Position numbers and translations under genes: made by a program. A stretch of 64,000 nt of DNA. Origin: Neocallimastix sp. 'constans' (taxonomy: Eukaryota). Below are positions 14,518 to 29,080 of the stretch, piece by piece. Under the pieces are notes generated by a model that was given only the letters and a program-made list of their open reading frames with translations, was not told the DNA's origin and made no database searches. The stretch covers positions 2,232,001 to 2,296,000 of the forward strand of contig JBODTK010000001.1 of NCBI GenBank assembly GCA_050613775.1, in the 5' to 3' direction. How positions within the stretch are numbered: position 1 is the stretch's first letter; every line of letters starts with the position of its first letter.

Positions 14518-16499
14518 TATTTTTTCAATTAAATATTATTATTTCTTTTAAAATAATAATTATTTATATATTTACTTATGATTGTATAGAATATCTTAAA
14601 AATGTATGGCTTTATTTAAAATTTTTTATACGCCATATTGCGAAATGCACAATCCCCTACATTTCGAGTTGTATTTCGGACCGTGACTTTATGAAATAAG
14701 GCGTACTTTAATAAACCGTTCATGTAAGAGTGACTTAAATTTAAATTATTATTAAATAATGTTTAATATTTTTATTATTTATTAAAAATTTAAATATTAG
14801 TATTTATTTATCATATAATATTTAAGGTTATTTTTTTTTATTTAATATATTCAATTTTAAAGATATTTTAGTATTTTTTGTTAAAATTATGAAAAAATAA
14901 TAGTTTAATTTTAAAAAAATATTATTTTAATATTTCTTGTTAAAATAATATTTAATAAAATTTAATTTTAAAGATATACTTCATTAATTTTTGTTAAAAT
15001 AATAATGAAATAATATTTAACTTTGAAGACATAATTTAGTATTTAAGAAATATTTTAATATAAATGTACGTTTTTGATTTATATCAAAAGAAGCTGAAAT
15101 TTTTCTAATTTCTTCTTTAAATTTATGATTCACTATTGGCATATATACATCAAATTCTTTTTCGATATCTCCTTTTCATTGTTTAAATTAATGATGATGA
15201 AAAATTACATTTATATGATATTTTACATTCAGTACATCTTTACACTTTTTAAATTATCCTTCTTTGTTTTTGAAAAATTATATTTTTATTTTTTATTTAT
15301 AATAATTTGTTCTTTTCCTCAATTTGTTTTACTTCAATTTGTAGATTTTTTTTCCATTTTTCAATGGTTAAATATATGATATATTTAATAATATTTTTAG
15401 TTTTTTATCATTAATTTAATAATTTACTGTTTATTTATTTAATCTTTTATTATTTATTTTTATTTATTAAATTCAATTTTTTATTATTAGTTTATTTATT
15501 TTTATTTAATTCAATTTATTATTTATGAGAAAATTTTTTATTTGTCTAAAAAAAAAATTAACCCTTTATATTTATTTATATGTTTATTTATTTATTTACA
15601 ATTATTTAGAAAAAATAAAAATTGTGGGGCGTTATATTACGAATTAAATTTTAATTTATAAACTATGTTTCTAAATGCCACATTCTGAAATGCAACATAT
15701 TCATAATTAATAATATCATTATCTTCATTATTCCAAATAAAAAATTATTGAGTAATAGAAAAATATTTTGATAGTTTTATGAGTATAAGTAAGAAAAACA
15801 CAAATAATAAACTTTCAAATTAATATTATAAAATAGAAACTATAAATAAATCACATGATTATATTATAATTATATCACATGATCTAAAATATGATATGCG
15901 GGACTTTTATGTGCTACTAATTTTTAATAGTATCGTTATATTTAATTAACCTTTATTAATATATTTTAATTTATAAACCCAATTAACCAAGGGTCTTCTT
16001 TAAACTACCATAAAGAAGAGTAGTTATTAGAAATCTTTATAATAATTTAATAAATATTAATAATAATAAATATACATTTAAAATATATTATATCGGAGTA
16101 TAGTATAATATATAATAAATATATATTAAAATAATAAATATAATAAATATAACTACATAATTCTTAAAATGAAAATAAGAATAATAAAGTTAAATATATA
16201 ATAATATAATTATATAATAAATATGAATATAATATAATAAATAATATTAACTATATATATTTAATTATAATTAAAATAACTAAAACTATTTCATTATATT
16301 ATATATTATAATATATAGAAGTATTATGTATTTTTAATATAAACTTTAAAATAAATATGAATAGTTAAGTTATATATATATTTAATATATTTTATATTAT
16401 AATGAATAATATATATATAAATATTGAATAATATATGAATAAGAAATTATTTCAAATATTATTATTGACAGAAGAGATATAAATTTAATATTTAATAAT

Positions 16500-18030
16500 T
16501 ATTAAACTAAATATACAAATATGTTGCTACACATATTTGTTTTATATCAAATAAAAAGTATAAAAGAAGATTAAGTATAAGATTTTCAACTATATCTATA
16601 AAATTGGTAAAACCCAAGAAGAATTTAATACTTCCACAATTGCTCAAATCAAAACTTTTTATAAATAGGACAAATTTTAAGAAATTATGAGAAAACATAG
16701 AATCATCACCAATAATTATACTGACTTTAAAATAAATTTACGAATTTCAAAAACCAAATTGAAATGATAGAGCAAAAACTAATATAATCTTCAAGAACTC
16801 AAAAAATAAAAGATAATTTAAATAATACTATTGGAATTCTAAGGAATGAAATAAATGCCACAAGAAGAGGCTTACGTGACCTTTCAAGTTATGAAGAATC
16901 TCAAATCAATGAAATTCAAAGAGAACATTCTTGAGAAAATGACGTAAATCCAAATATCGATACAATTCATTTCTCATGAGTAATTAGAGAAAAATTAATA
17001 AAAATTTTGTCAACAAATTGAATGAATTGTTATTTAAATTCTTCAAATTTAGGTCATAAAAATATCCAGTTTGTAAAACTATGTATGCTGTTACTTTCAC
17101 TAAAAGGATAGCAAATTGGGCAATTTTCTGATATCAATTTGTTTTTAATATAAGATTTTACATAAAATTTGAATCTACATTTAATTCGTCCAATCCAAAA
17201 AAAAAAAAAAAAGTCCAAGAGAAAATTGTGAATATTTCGGTGATAGACGTTGAATAAAATTTTTAAAACCAAATTTATACTTCTTGTATTTAATTGATCT
17301 AATCGCAGGAGTACTAGTATAATGAACATTTTCTTATTAAAACTTACATATTTTTTTAAGGAAGATTATTATTGTGTTTGCGAATTGAAATTCCTTTTCC
17401 TAAAAATGGAAATAATAGAAGCAGAATTCCATTCAGCAAGGAAAACACATCCCAAATTTTATTAAGTAATAAAAATTGATATTTTACACAATCAGAATAA
17501 GTAACTTCTTGATTAAGAACATTCCGAGAAGAAGTGCTACTATCAGAATTGAAATATGTTTTAAAAATTCTGTTAGTATACCATCAGGACTAGGTGTTTT
17601 GTTATTTTTCATTGAAAGAATAGTGGTGTGAATTTCTGACATTGAAATTAGTTAATTAATATCCCATGATACCATGAAAAATTAACTTCTGATATAACCT
17701 ACCACAATCTAAATGAAAATTATTGGAAAAGAACACTAAGCAATTCTTCTTCTCCTCAGGTGTTCTGAAAAATGGTTGAGTTGATCTTCTTGAGATACTA
17801 GAATATTACCTGATTTATCTTTAATCTGCAATAGTAATTGGGAAAGAAAAAATGGTTAGAGATTTTCTTTAGGACCAACCATATCGGGAGTTATTTTTTA
17901 AAAAAACATTAACCAATGAAATGAATTACATTCTTAAATCTAATTATCCTAATTTTTCTCTTAATACTAATTAAATAATTATAAAGAACTCTGCACTCTT
18001 TGGAGAGATCATGGAATACTTGAAGAGATA
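16500..18030. pseudogene. Decayed coding-like sequence, probably a retroelement remnant
   Basis: Higher GC and codon-like composition than the flanks, with many stops and frameshifts. It lies between the two copies of the 13648/18034 repeat. No clean diagnostic motif. Confidence 0.35.
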
Positions 18031-18033
18031 TAC

Positions 18034-18208
18034 ATGTACATGAAAGTATAGAATTTTTACATAGAAATATATATTAACATAAATAATGTTAATTTACATG
18101 ATTTAAATTTATTTTACATAAATATTTATGATTTATAATTTTATAATATTTAGTTTTAATTGAGAATATTTAATTTATACATTAATATTAATTTATACTT
18201 TTACAACA
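18034..18208 (+). repeat. Dispersed direct repeat, copy B (possible decayed LTR)
   Basis: Similar to 13648-13787; begins TGTACA and ends ACAACA. Confidence 0.7.
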
Positions 18209-18317
18209 GTAACAACGACAAAATCAACAACAACAACTGAAGTTTTTATTAAAATTTAAAGTAATTAGAAAATGAAATATTAACAATAACAATAACTATA
18301 ACAACAACAACAACAGC

Positions 18318-18407
<90 letters not shown>

Positions 18408-18810
18408 TATAATAAATAATAATAAATTATATAGATAAAAAATAAAAAGTATAATTGAAAAGATGATGTAAATGAATGTTTTGATTTTGAGGAATTATTT
18501 TAAGGATTCGATTCATTATTTATTCAATCAATTTTCTATTATTTTATTTTAATATTTTTATATTATAATTTATTTATTTATTTAGTTATTTATTAATAGT
18601 ATAATAGAATAAAAAATAAGTCTATAAATAAAAAAAAAAAAAAAATTTTTTATAAGAATGATTAAAATTTAATTGAATTATTAAAATAAGTTCCTAATTT
18701 AAATGTTTTTGGAATAAAAATTTAAATATTAAATAAATAAAATCAAAAAAAGAAAAAAAAAAAAAAAAGAGAAAAATAAATATAAATAAAATAAAAAAAA
18801 AAAAAAAAGA

Positions 18811-18869
18811 TTATAGGTATAAACTAGCAGCAAATACAATGTCTCTATGAATTTTTGATATACCTATTT

Positions 18870-18913
<44 letters not shown>

Positions 18914-20455
18914 TTAGATAAATATATAGATTTATAAAAAAAAAAAAAAAAAATTTTAAATATATATTGTTATTAAATATTTAAATAAATAAAAAAATTA
19001 ATATTTTTTTTTTTTTTTGAAAAATTACCTTCGGAGAATTTATTTTCCAGCTCTGTATTACCAATACTTTTAGCTGCAACACACATTTGTCGTAAAAGTT
19101 CTTCTAATCTACGAATAGCACGAATAATAGATCCTTCAAATATATCAGTCATCTTACAGATTTGACTGAATTTTGCTCCATTACACCAAGCATAAACCAT
19201 ATCCATAAGTTGTGGAGTAAAGCTTTTAACATATTCTTCTTCATCAATACCCAATTTTGATTCAATACTAACTTTAGCAATACGACGAGCTGTTTCTTGT
19301 AACATTCTATAAGGTCCTTTTAATTCTTCTCTTATTGTATTACTTTCCTCTTTATTATTTTCTTGGAAGACAAAACAACTCAATAATGCAACAGTTTGTT
19401 CAACAGTTAATTCATTAAATAAACCATTAAAGATCATTTCAGTCAATATTAATTCATCTCCTGTTGAAATTTCACATGCAACACGACCTTTTAATTCAAT
19501 AATATCTGCTGAAGATGTATAACCTAATCTTCTTAATACACGCTTTCTTGCTTTTAATTCATCTAATTGAAGAACACTTTGAGCATGCTGAACTTCTTTT
19601 TTAACTGCTTTAATTTTATCGTCAATCTTGATTTTGGAGTGATATTTTTCATATATTTCTTCTAAATTTTCAGAATTTTTTATTTCACATTTATCTAATC
19701 TATTTTCTAAAATTTCAATTTTCTATTTATTATTAAATATATATATATATTTAGATAATTAGTCAATTACTATTTTTATTACTATATTATTATTATTATT
19801 ACTATTTCGTATTATACCTTTATTAAATTAATAAATTCCGGTTCTTTAATATTCATGTGCTCTACTGGGTCTAAAAGTGGAATTTTATTTTTAAATCTTT
19901 TTTTTGTTTCTTGCAAAGTTTTATATACTTGATTTCTTGCATCGAGTGATTTCAAATTATTTGAAACTTTTGTTCTAATGGTACTTATACCATCAACAGT
20001 ATTTAAATTACATTGCAAAATAACCATTTCACCTTTAGTTCTTTTTGGACACGGCTTTGCTAATTTTGGATTTTTATCTGTTCCAGGTGCGCAATATAAT
20101 AAAACATCCAATATATATTTTGGTTGAGCATCTTCACCGATTTGTTTATTTTGATTAATCCGTTTTTGAATTGATATAATAACACCCCAACCATAATCTT
20201 GAACAGTTTCATCATCTTTAAAAGCGTCAATATCTTTAACCTTATCATCAATTCGTATTCTAACTAAACGTCCTGTTTGTAAATATGGCAAAATATATTG
20301 AGGATTATTCATGATTGTTCTTTTATCCCTTTTATATTGATTTAATTGTCTACGAATTTCATAATATTCAGCAATTTCATTTTCGTTTTCGATTTTAATT
20401 GCATTTTTTTCATCTTCAAGTTTATTTAAATCTATAATAATGAATAAAATTTGCA

Positions 20456-20518
<63 letters not shown>

Positions 20519-20538
20519 ATGTATATTTTATAATTTTG

Positions 20539-20573
<35 letters not shown>

Positions 20574-22922
20574 TTTGTTTGAATTAATTGAATTATGTTA
20601 CCATTGACAAGTTCTGGAATTTTTGCGCAATTTTGGAATTGATAGAAACATCTTTCTAACATAAATTCAGGACTAATACCTTCAACTCTTAATAAATTCA
20701 ATATCATATTATAACTGAGATGGAAAGCACTATTTAATCTATCAGCAACACCTTTTAACATACCTTTTGCTACTGCAGGTTCCATCTTTTCATCTAACAT
20801 TAAAATAACAATTCCTCTATCATCAAGACCACGTCTACCAGCTCTACCACTCATCTAATAAAATTTCAATAATTTTTTATTAATAAAAAATAACTATAAT
20901 AAAATATAAAATTATTATAAATAATAATTAGGTTATTTCATACTTGAATGTATTCTCCTCCTGAAACCCATCTATTTTCTTTACCATCAAACTTTCTTAC
21001 TGAAGTGAAAAGTACCGTTTTTGCGGGCATATTTAAACCAATTGAAAAAGTTTCTGTTGCAAATAAAACTTTAATTAAACCTTCTTGAAAGAGAATTTCA
21101 ATTACTTCCTTAAGAATTGGTAATAGTCCAGAATGGTGAATTCCTATTCCTCTTTTTAATAATGGAAGAAGATGTTCAATTTGTGGTAATTGTTGATCAT
21201 CTTCACTTAAGGATGATATTGCATTGGTATAAACAGATTGAATCATTTCTTTTTCTTCATCATCATTAAAATCAAGCTTTGATAGCATAAGTGCATTATT
21301 TTCACATTCACGTTTGGCAAATGAAAAAACTATTACAGGTTGATAATTTCTTGTCATAATCATTTTAATTATTTTATAAAGATCGGTTGTTTGCCCTTTT
21401 CCTTTAATTTGTTTTTTTCCTTTTCCTCTCATTTTCTTTTGGGCTGAATCTTCATCCTTATCACCTAAATAACTAATAGCTCTTTGGAAGTTATCTTCAC
21501 GAAATACTCCTTTTTCATCGACTGCTAAATGAATACCATCACCACCAGCTGGGAATAAATAATGTTGTAATGGAGTTGGACGAAAATCGGTGTAAACAAC
21601 ATGACATGGCTGTTCATGAATTTTACAAATCCATTCAGCAAATTGAAATGCATTTGGAATTGTAGCAGACAAGAAAACATAATGAACTTGATTTGGAAGC
21701 AAAATAATAGTTTCTTCCCATACTACACCCCTTTCTTTATCTCTCATATAGTGAATTTCATCAAAAACAACCCAAGATATTTCTCTCATAACCTCACTAC
21801 CACGGTAAAGCATAGAACGAAGAATTTCTGTAGTCATGACTAAACAACTTGCATTAGGATTAATAGTAACATCACCGGTCATTAAACCAACATCACCAAA
21901 TTCTTGAGATAATTCTCTGAATTTTTGATTTGATAAAGCCTTTTTTTTTTTTTTTTTTTTTTTTTATTATATTTATTTAATTATTTTATTTACACAAGTT
22001 AATGAAAAAAAAAAAAGAAAAAAAAGGAAAAAGAAGAAAAAAATTATTTTTTAATTTTTAATATTATTTTAATAAATATTTAAAAAATTTAAACTTATTT
22101 TAAAAATTATACCTTAATTGGACTAGTGTAAACTACTCTTTGTTTATCTCTTAAACCTTGAGCGATAGCGTATTCGGCAACTACAGTTTTTCCTGCACTA
22201 GTATGAGCACTAACAAGAACTGATTCATTTCTTTGAATACAATTAATTGAACACTGTTGAAATGGATCAAGTGTGAATGGATAAGTACGGGCAGGATTTT
22301 CACTAGGTTTATGTTGAGCAATTGGAATATAATTATAATTTGGGGGAAGTGCTACTTGGTGACGAACCTTCAATTTTTATATTAACAATATTTCAATATT
22401 TCAGAAAAAAAAATTTTTTTGATTTAATATGATTTAATATTTTTTACAAATTTTTATTTAGAAATTTCTATATAAATTTATATTGAAATTTCTAGATTTT
22501 ATAAATTATAATTTATATCGTGTTACCTGATGTTGTAAAGATACAAGCTGTGTATTATCAGTTATACTTATATTTTCATTATTTTCATTATTTCCATTAA
22601 TTTTATTCTTTTCTTTTAATTCATATTCATCAATATTAAATTTAACATCTTTTTGAACATTTTGTTCGAAGTCATCAGCCAAAATTGGATTTTGAACATT
22701 ATTTCTATTAATATCTGATTTAATATTATTAAGTTTTTGTTTTTTTGAATTATTTTCTACCTTTTCTATGTTATCCTTTTCATTATCATCCTTTTCGAGG
22801 GTTCTTTTGATATTTTTAATTGGTTCAACAGGTGTAGGAGGTTTTATTTTTGATAAATCATTAATTTCATTATCATTGTCAAATATGTCAAATAAGCTAT
22901 CAGTTTGGTCAAAAAAAGACAT
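18811..22922 (-). CDS. MTR4: ATP-dependent DExH RNA helicase Mtr4/Dob1 (TRAMP / nuclear exosome cofactor)
   Basis: Motifs [81 protein letters not shown], an arch/KOW region, and C-terminal [13 protein letters not shown]. Multiple GT-AG introns. Confidence 0.97.
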
Positions 22923-23672
22923 TTTATATGGAAAAGTATTCTGAAAATATTTATTAATATTTTTTTTTTTATTTTATTTTACTTTAATTTTCTTTTTTTT
23001 TTTATTGATAAATATATATATTAATAAAATTTATTTTAATTGATAAAATATTATTAAGTATTATTTTTAAAATTCATTTAATTAAAATTTAAAATTCCAT
23101 TTCTTTATATATGTTATTTAATAATATACTGTTTTTTATAAAAAAAAAAAGTAATAAAAAAAGAAAAAAAAAAAAAAACATAATTTTAAAAAAATATAGT
23201 TTTTATGATTGGCTAAAATTATTATATATGTAGAAAATATATGTAATTATAAGGTTAAAAGAAATAATTGAATAAAATTATATGATAAATAATTTAATGT
23301 GTTAATTGAAATAATTTAATATATTGTAATATATAATTATAAATAAAATGTATATATATAAACTTATAATTATTTATATAAAAACTTTTTTTTTTTTTTC
23401 TTTTAAATATATATATTTTTAAATATTTTATAGTTCTATTTATTTTCGTTTTTTTAAAAAGAATATAGAAATCTGAAATTATTTATATTACATATAAATA
23501 AATAAGAAATAAATTAAACTAGTAAAGCTTATATCTTCTATTATCATAATAATAGTTAATAGAGAATAAAGCAAATTAAGTTTTTATGAAAATAAAAAAT
23601 TTATTATTTTAATGTTTTTAATCAAGATTAAGAAAATTAATTCAATAGATTTAATTTATAAACGATTAAAGT

Positions 23673-24045
23673 ATGGATAAGTATTTAGAACAAATTGCTT
23701 TAAAATATATTTCATTAATTTTAAATAGTGTTGGATTTGATAAAGCAAATAAATCTACTTGTGAGGTGTTAGAGGAAATTTATTGTGAATATTTAGAAAA
23801 GCTTGGAAGAGAATTAAAAAAATGCTCTGAACATCATGGTACAACTGAAGTGTCTATTGAGGATTTAGTTTATTACTTTGAAGATGCAGGTATAAAGTGT
23901 AAAGATCTTGAAATAATGCTTCAAAATGGAATAGAATTAAGAAATAAAAAGAATAAATCAAAACTATTATTACAAATTACGAATAATAGGGAAAACTTGA
24001 GATTAATGCTATCACAATTAGAAAATAATGGCCATTTAATTAGTA

Positions 24046-24090
<45 letters not shown>

Positions 24091-24342
24091 GATAATATAT
24101 ATTTTAAAATATATAATAATTAAATTAATATTAATAAATATATTTAATTGGTAACTATTAAAATTATAGATTATGATGAAATATTAGAAAAACCCATTTT
24201 AATAAAGCAAAATATGGATATTATTGAAAAGAATTCAACTGAAAATGAAATTAAAAAGAATCAAAAATTATTAAGAGCAGATAAAGAAAGCGATAAAGCT
24301 AAGAGTAAAAAGGATTCAATTAAGAAAATAGTTGAAGAATAA
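23673..24342 (+). CDS. Short bromodomain-associated histone-fold protein (TAF3/TAF8-like)
   Basis: Two exons, 23673-24042 and 24170-24342. ISLILNSVGFDKANKSTCEVLEEIYCEYLEKLGRELKKCSEHHGTTEVSIEDLVYYFEDAGI matches the Bromo_TP histone-fold pattern. Confidence 0.75.
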
Positions 24343-24521
24343 ATTTATAAAGTTATTCTTATTAAAGAAAGTTGTTTTTAATTAGAACAACTTTCTTTAA
24401 TTGTATAAATAATAATAATGATATTATTATTACTAATCGTAATTTATTCATTATTTATATTATTATATATTTAAGAAAATTTTTTAATTAAATAAAATAA
24501 AATTAAATAAAAATTTAAATA

Positions 24522-24559
<38 letters not shown>

Positions 24560-24640
24560 AAATTTTAATATATTTATTGAAATATAATAGCTTAATTATC
24601 TCTATTAAAATGTAATATTTTATTGTGTTTTATACATAAT

Positions 24641-25706
24641 TTATATTAATGTTTGACTATCTTTTATATATTCTTTTAATTGTTCTTCATAATTTGCATG
24701 ACACATATTTGCTAAAAAGTGGAAAGGGTCTTCAATATCAGTATTAGATAACTGTTAAGGAATAGAATTATAATTAATTAATTAATTATTTGAAAAAAAA
24801 AAAAAATATGTTAGATGTATTATTTTTATTATATATTTACAGCGGAAGTTTCGAAATACTCAAATCCATACGATTTGGCAAATTCTTCTGCAAGTTGAAT
24901 ACTAACTGAACGTCGTAATGATAAATCAATTTTATTACCAATTAAAACTCCTGTAAAATTAATTAATTTATTATAATAAATATTTTGTTATATTTTTATT
25001 TAAATTTTGCTATTATATTATATTTTTATGTTCGTATTTAATTGAAATAATACCTGGTATAATCTTTTTTCCCGTTGCTTTTCTAACCATCTGAATCCAT
25101 TTTGTCAAATTTTTAAATGAATCGTTATTAGTAACATCATAAACAAAAGCAAATAATGTAGCATCTTCTAGCTATAATAATTTCAAAATGATTATATTAT
25201 AAATTAATGATTACATTCGATATTAAAATTGAAATTAAAATTAAAAATTTAATAAAAATATTTAAGAATAAATATTTCTATTATACTTACATATTTAGGT
25301 ATATAATCTTGGAATACTTCGTGGCATCCCAAATCGTAAATAAAAAGTTCCACTGTAACAGATGTGTCTGGTATATTAACAGGCTTAATATAGACTTCTG
25401 CATGTATAGTCTTAATAATATTGTAATTTTATGAATAAATTGAAATTATATTAATTAAAATATTAATTAATATAGATACCATAGAATAATTCTTTGAGAA
25501 CTGTGAACCATCTGAATGAAAAAGTTGAGTTATTGCACTTTTACCAACGGCTGGATTGCCTATATATGAAATGAAAGATGTTATACAAACGTAGTTATTA
25601 TGCTATTACCATTTTAAAATTTAATTTAATATTATATTCACTATTTACCAAGAAGAACACACTTTGTTCTTAATATTAATTTATTTGTTAATGTTTTTGT
25701 TGCCAT
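24641..25706 (-). CDS. IFT27: Intraflagellar transport protein 27 (RabL4 small GTPase); missed by the ORF track because of six short exons
   Basis: Spliced product MATKTLTNKLILRTKCVLLGNPAVGKSAITQLFHSDGSQFSKNYSM..VKPVNIPDT-like segment (IKPVNIPDTSVTVELFIYD)..FAFVYDVTNNDSF..GVLIGNKIDLSLRRSV..YFETSA..DIEDPFHFLA. The FHSDG-x-F-x-KNY motif and absence of a CAAX box fit IFT27. Confidence 0.9.
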
Positions 25707-28700
25707 TATATAATTTTATTTTAAAATATACTTAATGATAAAATTTCATATTAAAGTAATAGAGTTGAAAAGAATTAAAATTAAGGAATACTTTCACAAA
25801 TTTTAATGGATTAAAAATAAATAAAAATTTAAACTTTAATTAATAATAGATCTATTTTTAATTATATTAAAATATTTGTATAATATGAATGTGGATTAAA
25901 TTTGAAAAATCATATTAATATATATTTGTTTAAGTGGTATAACGCGGACTTTTAAATATATTTTTCAAAAATTATATTCATTTCATAATTAATATTATGT
26001 AAAATAATTATTCTATTAATACGATTCATATAAGCGTAAAATCGTTTTATTACTTATAATTTCAGTTGTTTTTAAAATAATATAAATATGATAATACGAA
26101 AATTCGTATTTTATAAAAAAATTATTAATATCTTTAATTTTAAATTTGATTTAATAGTTGTTCTTTTTCATTTAAATTTATAATTATTGAAACAAATGAA
26201 TATATAAATAAATAACAAACTAATTTAGTAAAATTCAAAGAAGTTAATTTTATTTACATTAACAATATCAGTATAGTATATATATATTTTATTAAATAAA
26301 TAAATGAATTTTATTTAATATAATACTAGAATTGTTATTTTGATATTGAATAAAATTTTTTTAAAAAAAAAAAATTTTTCAGTATAAATAAAAAGATATA
26401 TATTATATATATGATTATTATTATATATTACACACACAATAATATTATACATAATTAAATTTTTAAATTAAGCAATGAAAATCAATATGCTCAATCTATT
26501 ATTAATTGATTTTATAATAATGATATATTTATAATTTATATATATAAATGCAATGTGTTAAATTAAAAAAAGTAATATCTATTAAATAAATAATCTATTA
26601 AATTATTAAATATTATATGTTAATTGATAAGTAATTTTATTTTTCAATAAAAAAGAATAATGGTCAATTCATTAAACATGTTAAGAAGTTATTTTAGGGT
26701 TACGACATTCAATAATGAGCGATTATATCTAAATTTTATAATAAAATAGATGAAAGAAATGAAGAAGTAATTTATTGGTTATTAATGAAAAAAATATATA
26801 ATAATTAATTTTTAAATATGATTTGTAAATCAAGCTCCAATTGTTCTGTTATATTTCATTTAAGAAAATTAAAAAATACTAAGGAATTTGAAAAAAAAGA
26901 TTATTATAAAACATATTAATATTAATTAGTGTAAAAAAATATATTTGTAATATAAGTTATATAATAGATAATATAAGATACAAAAAAATAATATATTCAA
27001 TAAAATTTATGATCAAAATAAGTCTTTTCTGCTAAATATATATTTAGTTAAACATGAAGAAATAATAATTATTCTGATTATTAATTTCCAGAACAATAAC
27101 AAAGTTATAGTATGATAGTAGTAATCTCACTGATTAATAATGTTAAATTTGAAAAGGAAGTTGAACAATAAGTAAAGTTGTAATATTAGAAATTTAGCTA
27201 CAATAACAATCATATTTTCATCATTCATGTCTTCATCATTCATATCTTCATCAAAATATTCTTCAATAGTATTATAATTAATTTCCAAATTATAATACTT
27301 TAAATAACTCAACAAATGCTTCAGTTTCATTAATTCAAAACCAAAATAAACAAAATATAATAATACTTATTCATCTACTTAATTTAATTTTATAAAATAA
27401 TAATATTAATTGTATAATTAAATAAAAATTACTAGTAAATACAATTTTTTCCTAAAATTTTTATAAAGTGAATAGAGACATAAAATGTAATATAACTTTT
27501 TGGTTTTATAAAAGAATATTAAATTATTATTAAGTTATCTGTATTACTTTAAAAATTAACGAATTATTTTATTTAATCAATTTTTTGTTAATTTTAATAA
27601 TATTTAATTATATATTTCGTTGTTTATTTTTTCTTCTCATTTAAAATCATTTAAATGATATTTTTATCATTTAGTTTTTCTCTTATCCATAATTAGCTCT
27701 GTTTATCTCTCTTCACTATTGGAATTGTAATATTAATATATTAAATCTAAAATGTATATAAGCGTTATTATATGAATTGCCTTTCAATAGTATTTTAGTT
27801 TTTATAATTATTTTAGATCATATTGCTTTTTATATAAATTGGCTTCCTTCATAAAAATAAATTTATAATATGTAAATTATGAAAAGCTACATAAATATTT
27901 AATTATTTTTTAAGCATTTTAATATTCAAAATTAATAGAGTTTTCTGTCCAATTAAAGAATTATATACAAATAATTCTTTTTTTTTATATGTACATTGCT
28001 TATTTTATTTTCATTTCATTTTTGTTGTTGTTGTTATTATTCTAATAACTGAATTACCTTCTTTTACTGATTACTTATTAAAAATTGTAATATAAACACC
28101 ATTTTTCTTAATATAATATTATTCATTTTTTATATTAATATATGTTCAATGAATAGAATAATATATTTTTTATGCTGAAGAATATGATAATTTAGTTTAA
28201 ATTATAATTTGCAATACATGAACAAATGAGTTGAATAAAATCAATTCTTTTGATTTTATGATATTAAACCATATAACTCCATTAATTCATGTACTTTAAT
28301 ATCATTTCCTATTACATATTATTTTGAAGATTACAAAAATTGGAAAAGTTTTAATTAAAAATTGAATCATTATTTAATAAAAGTAGATATATTTAAAATT
28401 TTAAAATATATATTTAATATCCACAATTTAAAATTTATAGATTATATTAATTAAAGTTTTTTAAATTTTAATAGATAATAATTTTTATTTCTTAAAGTAT
28501 AAAATTGAAATATTTAAATAATAGTATAAATTTCAATTAATAAAAGTTTTATTAATTGAAAATTTATTTATTACAAAAATGATAATTATATATTTAAAAC
28601 GTAATATTAAAGCCCTAATTCCTTAATTAAAATATGTTATTTGAAGTAGAATTTAGTAAATGAAAAATTTAATAAAGTAAAATCATATATAATATAATAT

Positions 28701-29080
28701 ATTATATAATTTACTACTAAAAAAAATAATAAATAAGGGTATAATTATAAGTTTATCAATATATTATTTTAAAGTTTAAACTAATAAAGATATAAACAAA
28801 AAATATAATGAATATTGGAAGTAAATATTTTTAAAATAACATTCTGAATATAATTATTAATTAAAAATATCCATAATAAATATTAATTAAAATTTTTACT
28901 ATCGATATCCATATCTAATTACAAAAAGTAATGTTATTCAATAATTTTTTATATTAATAATAATTATATATATATAAATCTATATGAAATTATTTATACG
29001 AATGTATAATTAATTTTTTTTAAACGTTATAATATTATATTAATAAATGAATAAATAAAAACAAATAAAGTATTTTCAAA

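Noticed and set aside
14397..14699. ORF with GEMQ repeats
   Set aside because: Arises from the 15-bp MITE subterminal repeats and crosses the element boundary.
26600..28400. Coding-like patches including ORF 27127-27330
   Set aside because: Frequent stops and no recognisable domain or consistent exon structure. Possibly a decayed remnant but not callable.
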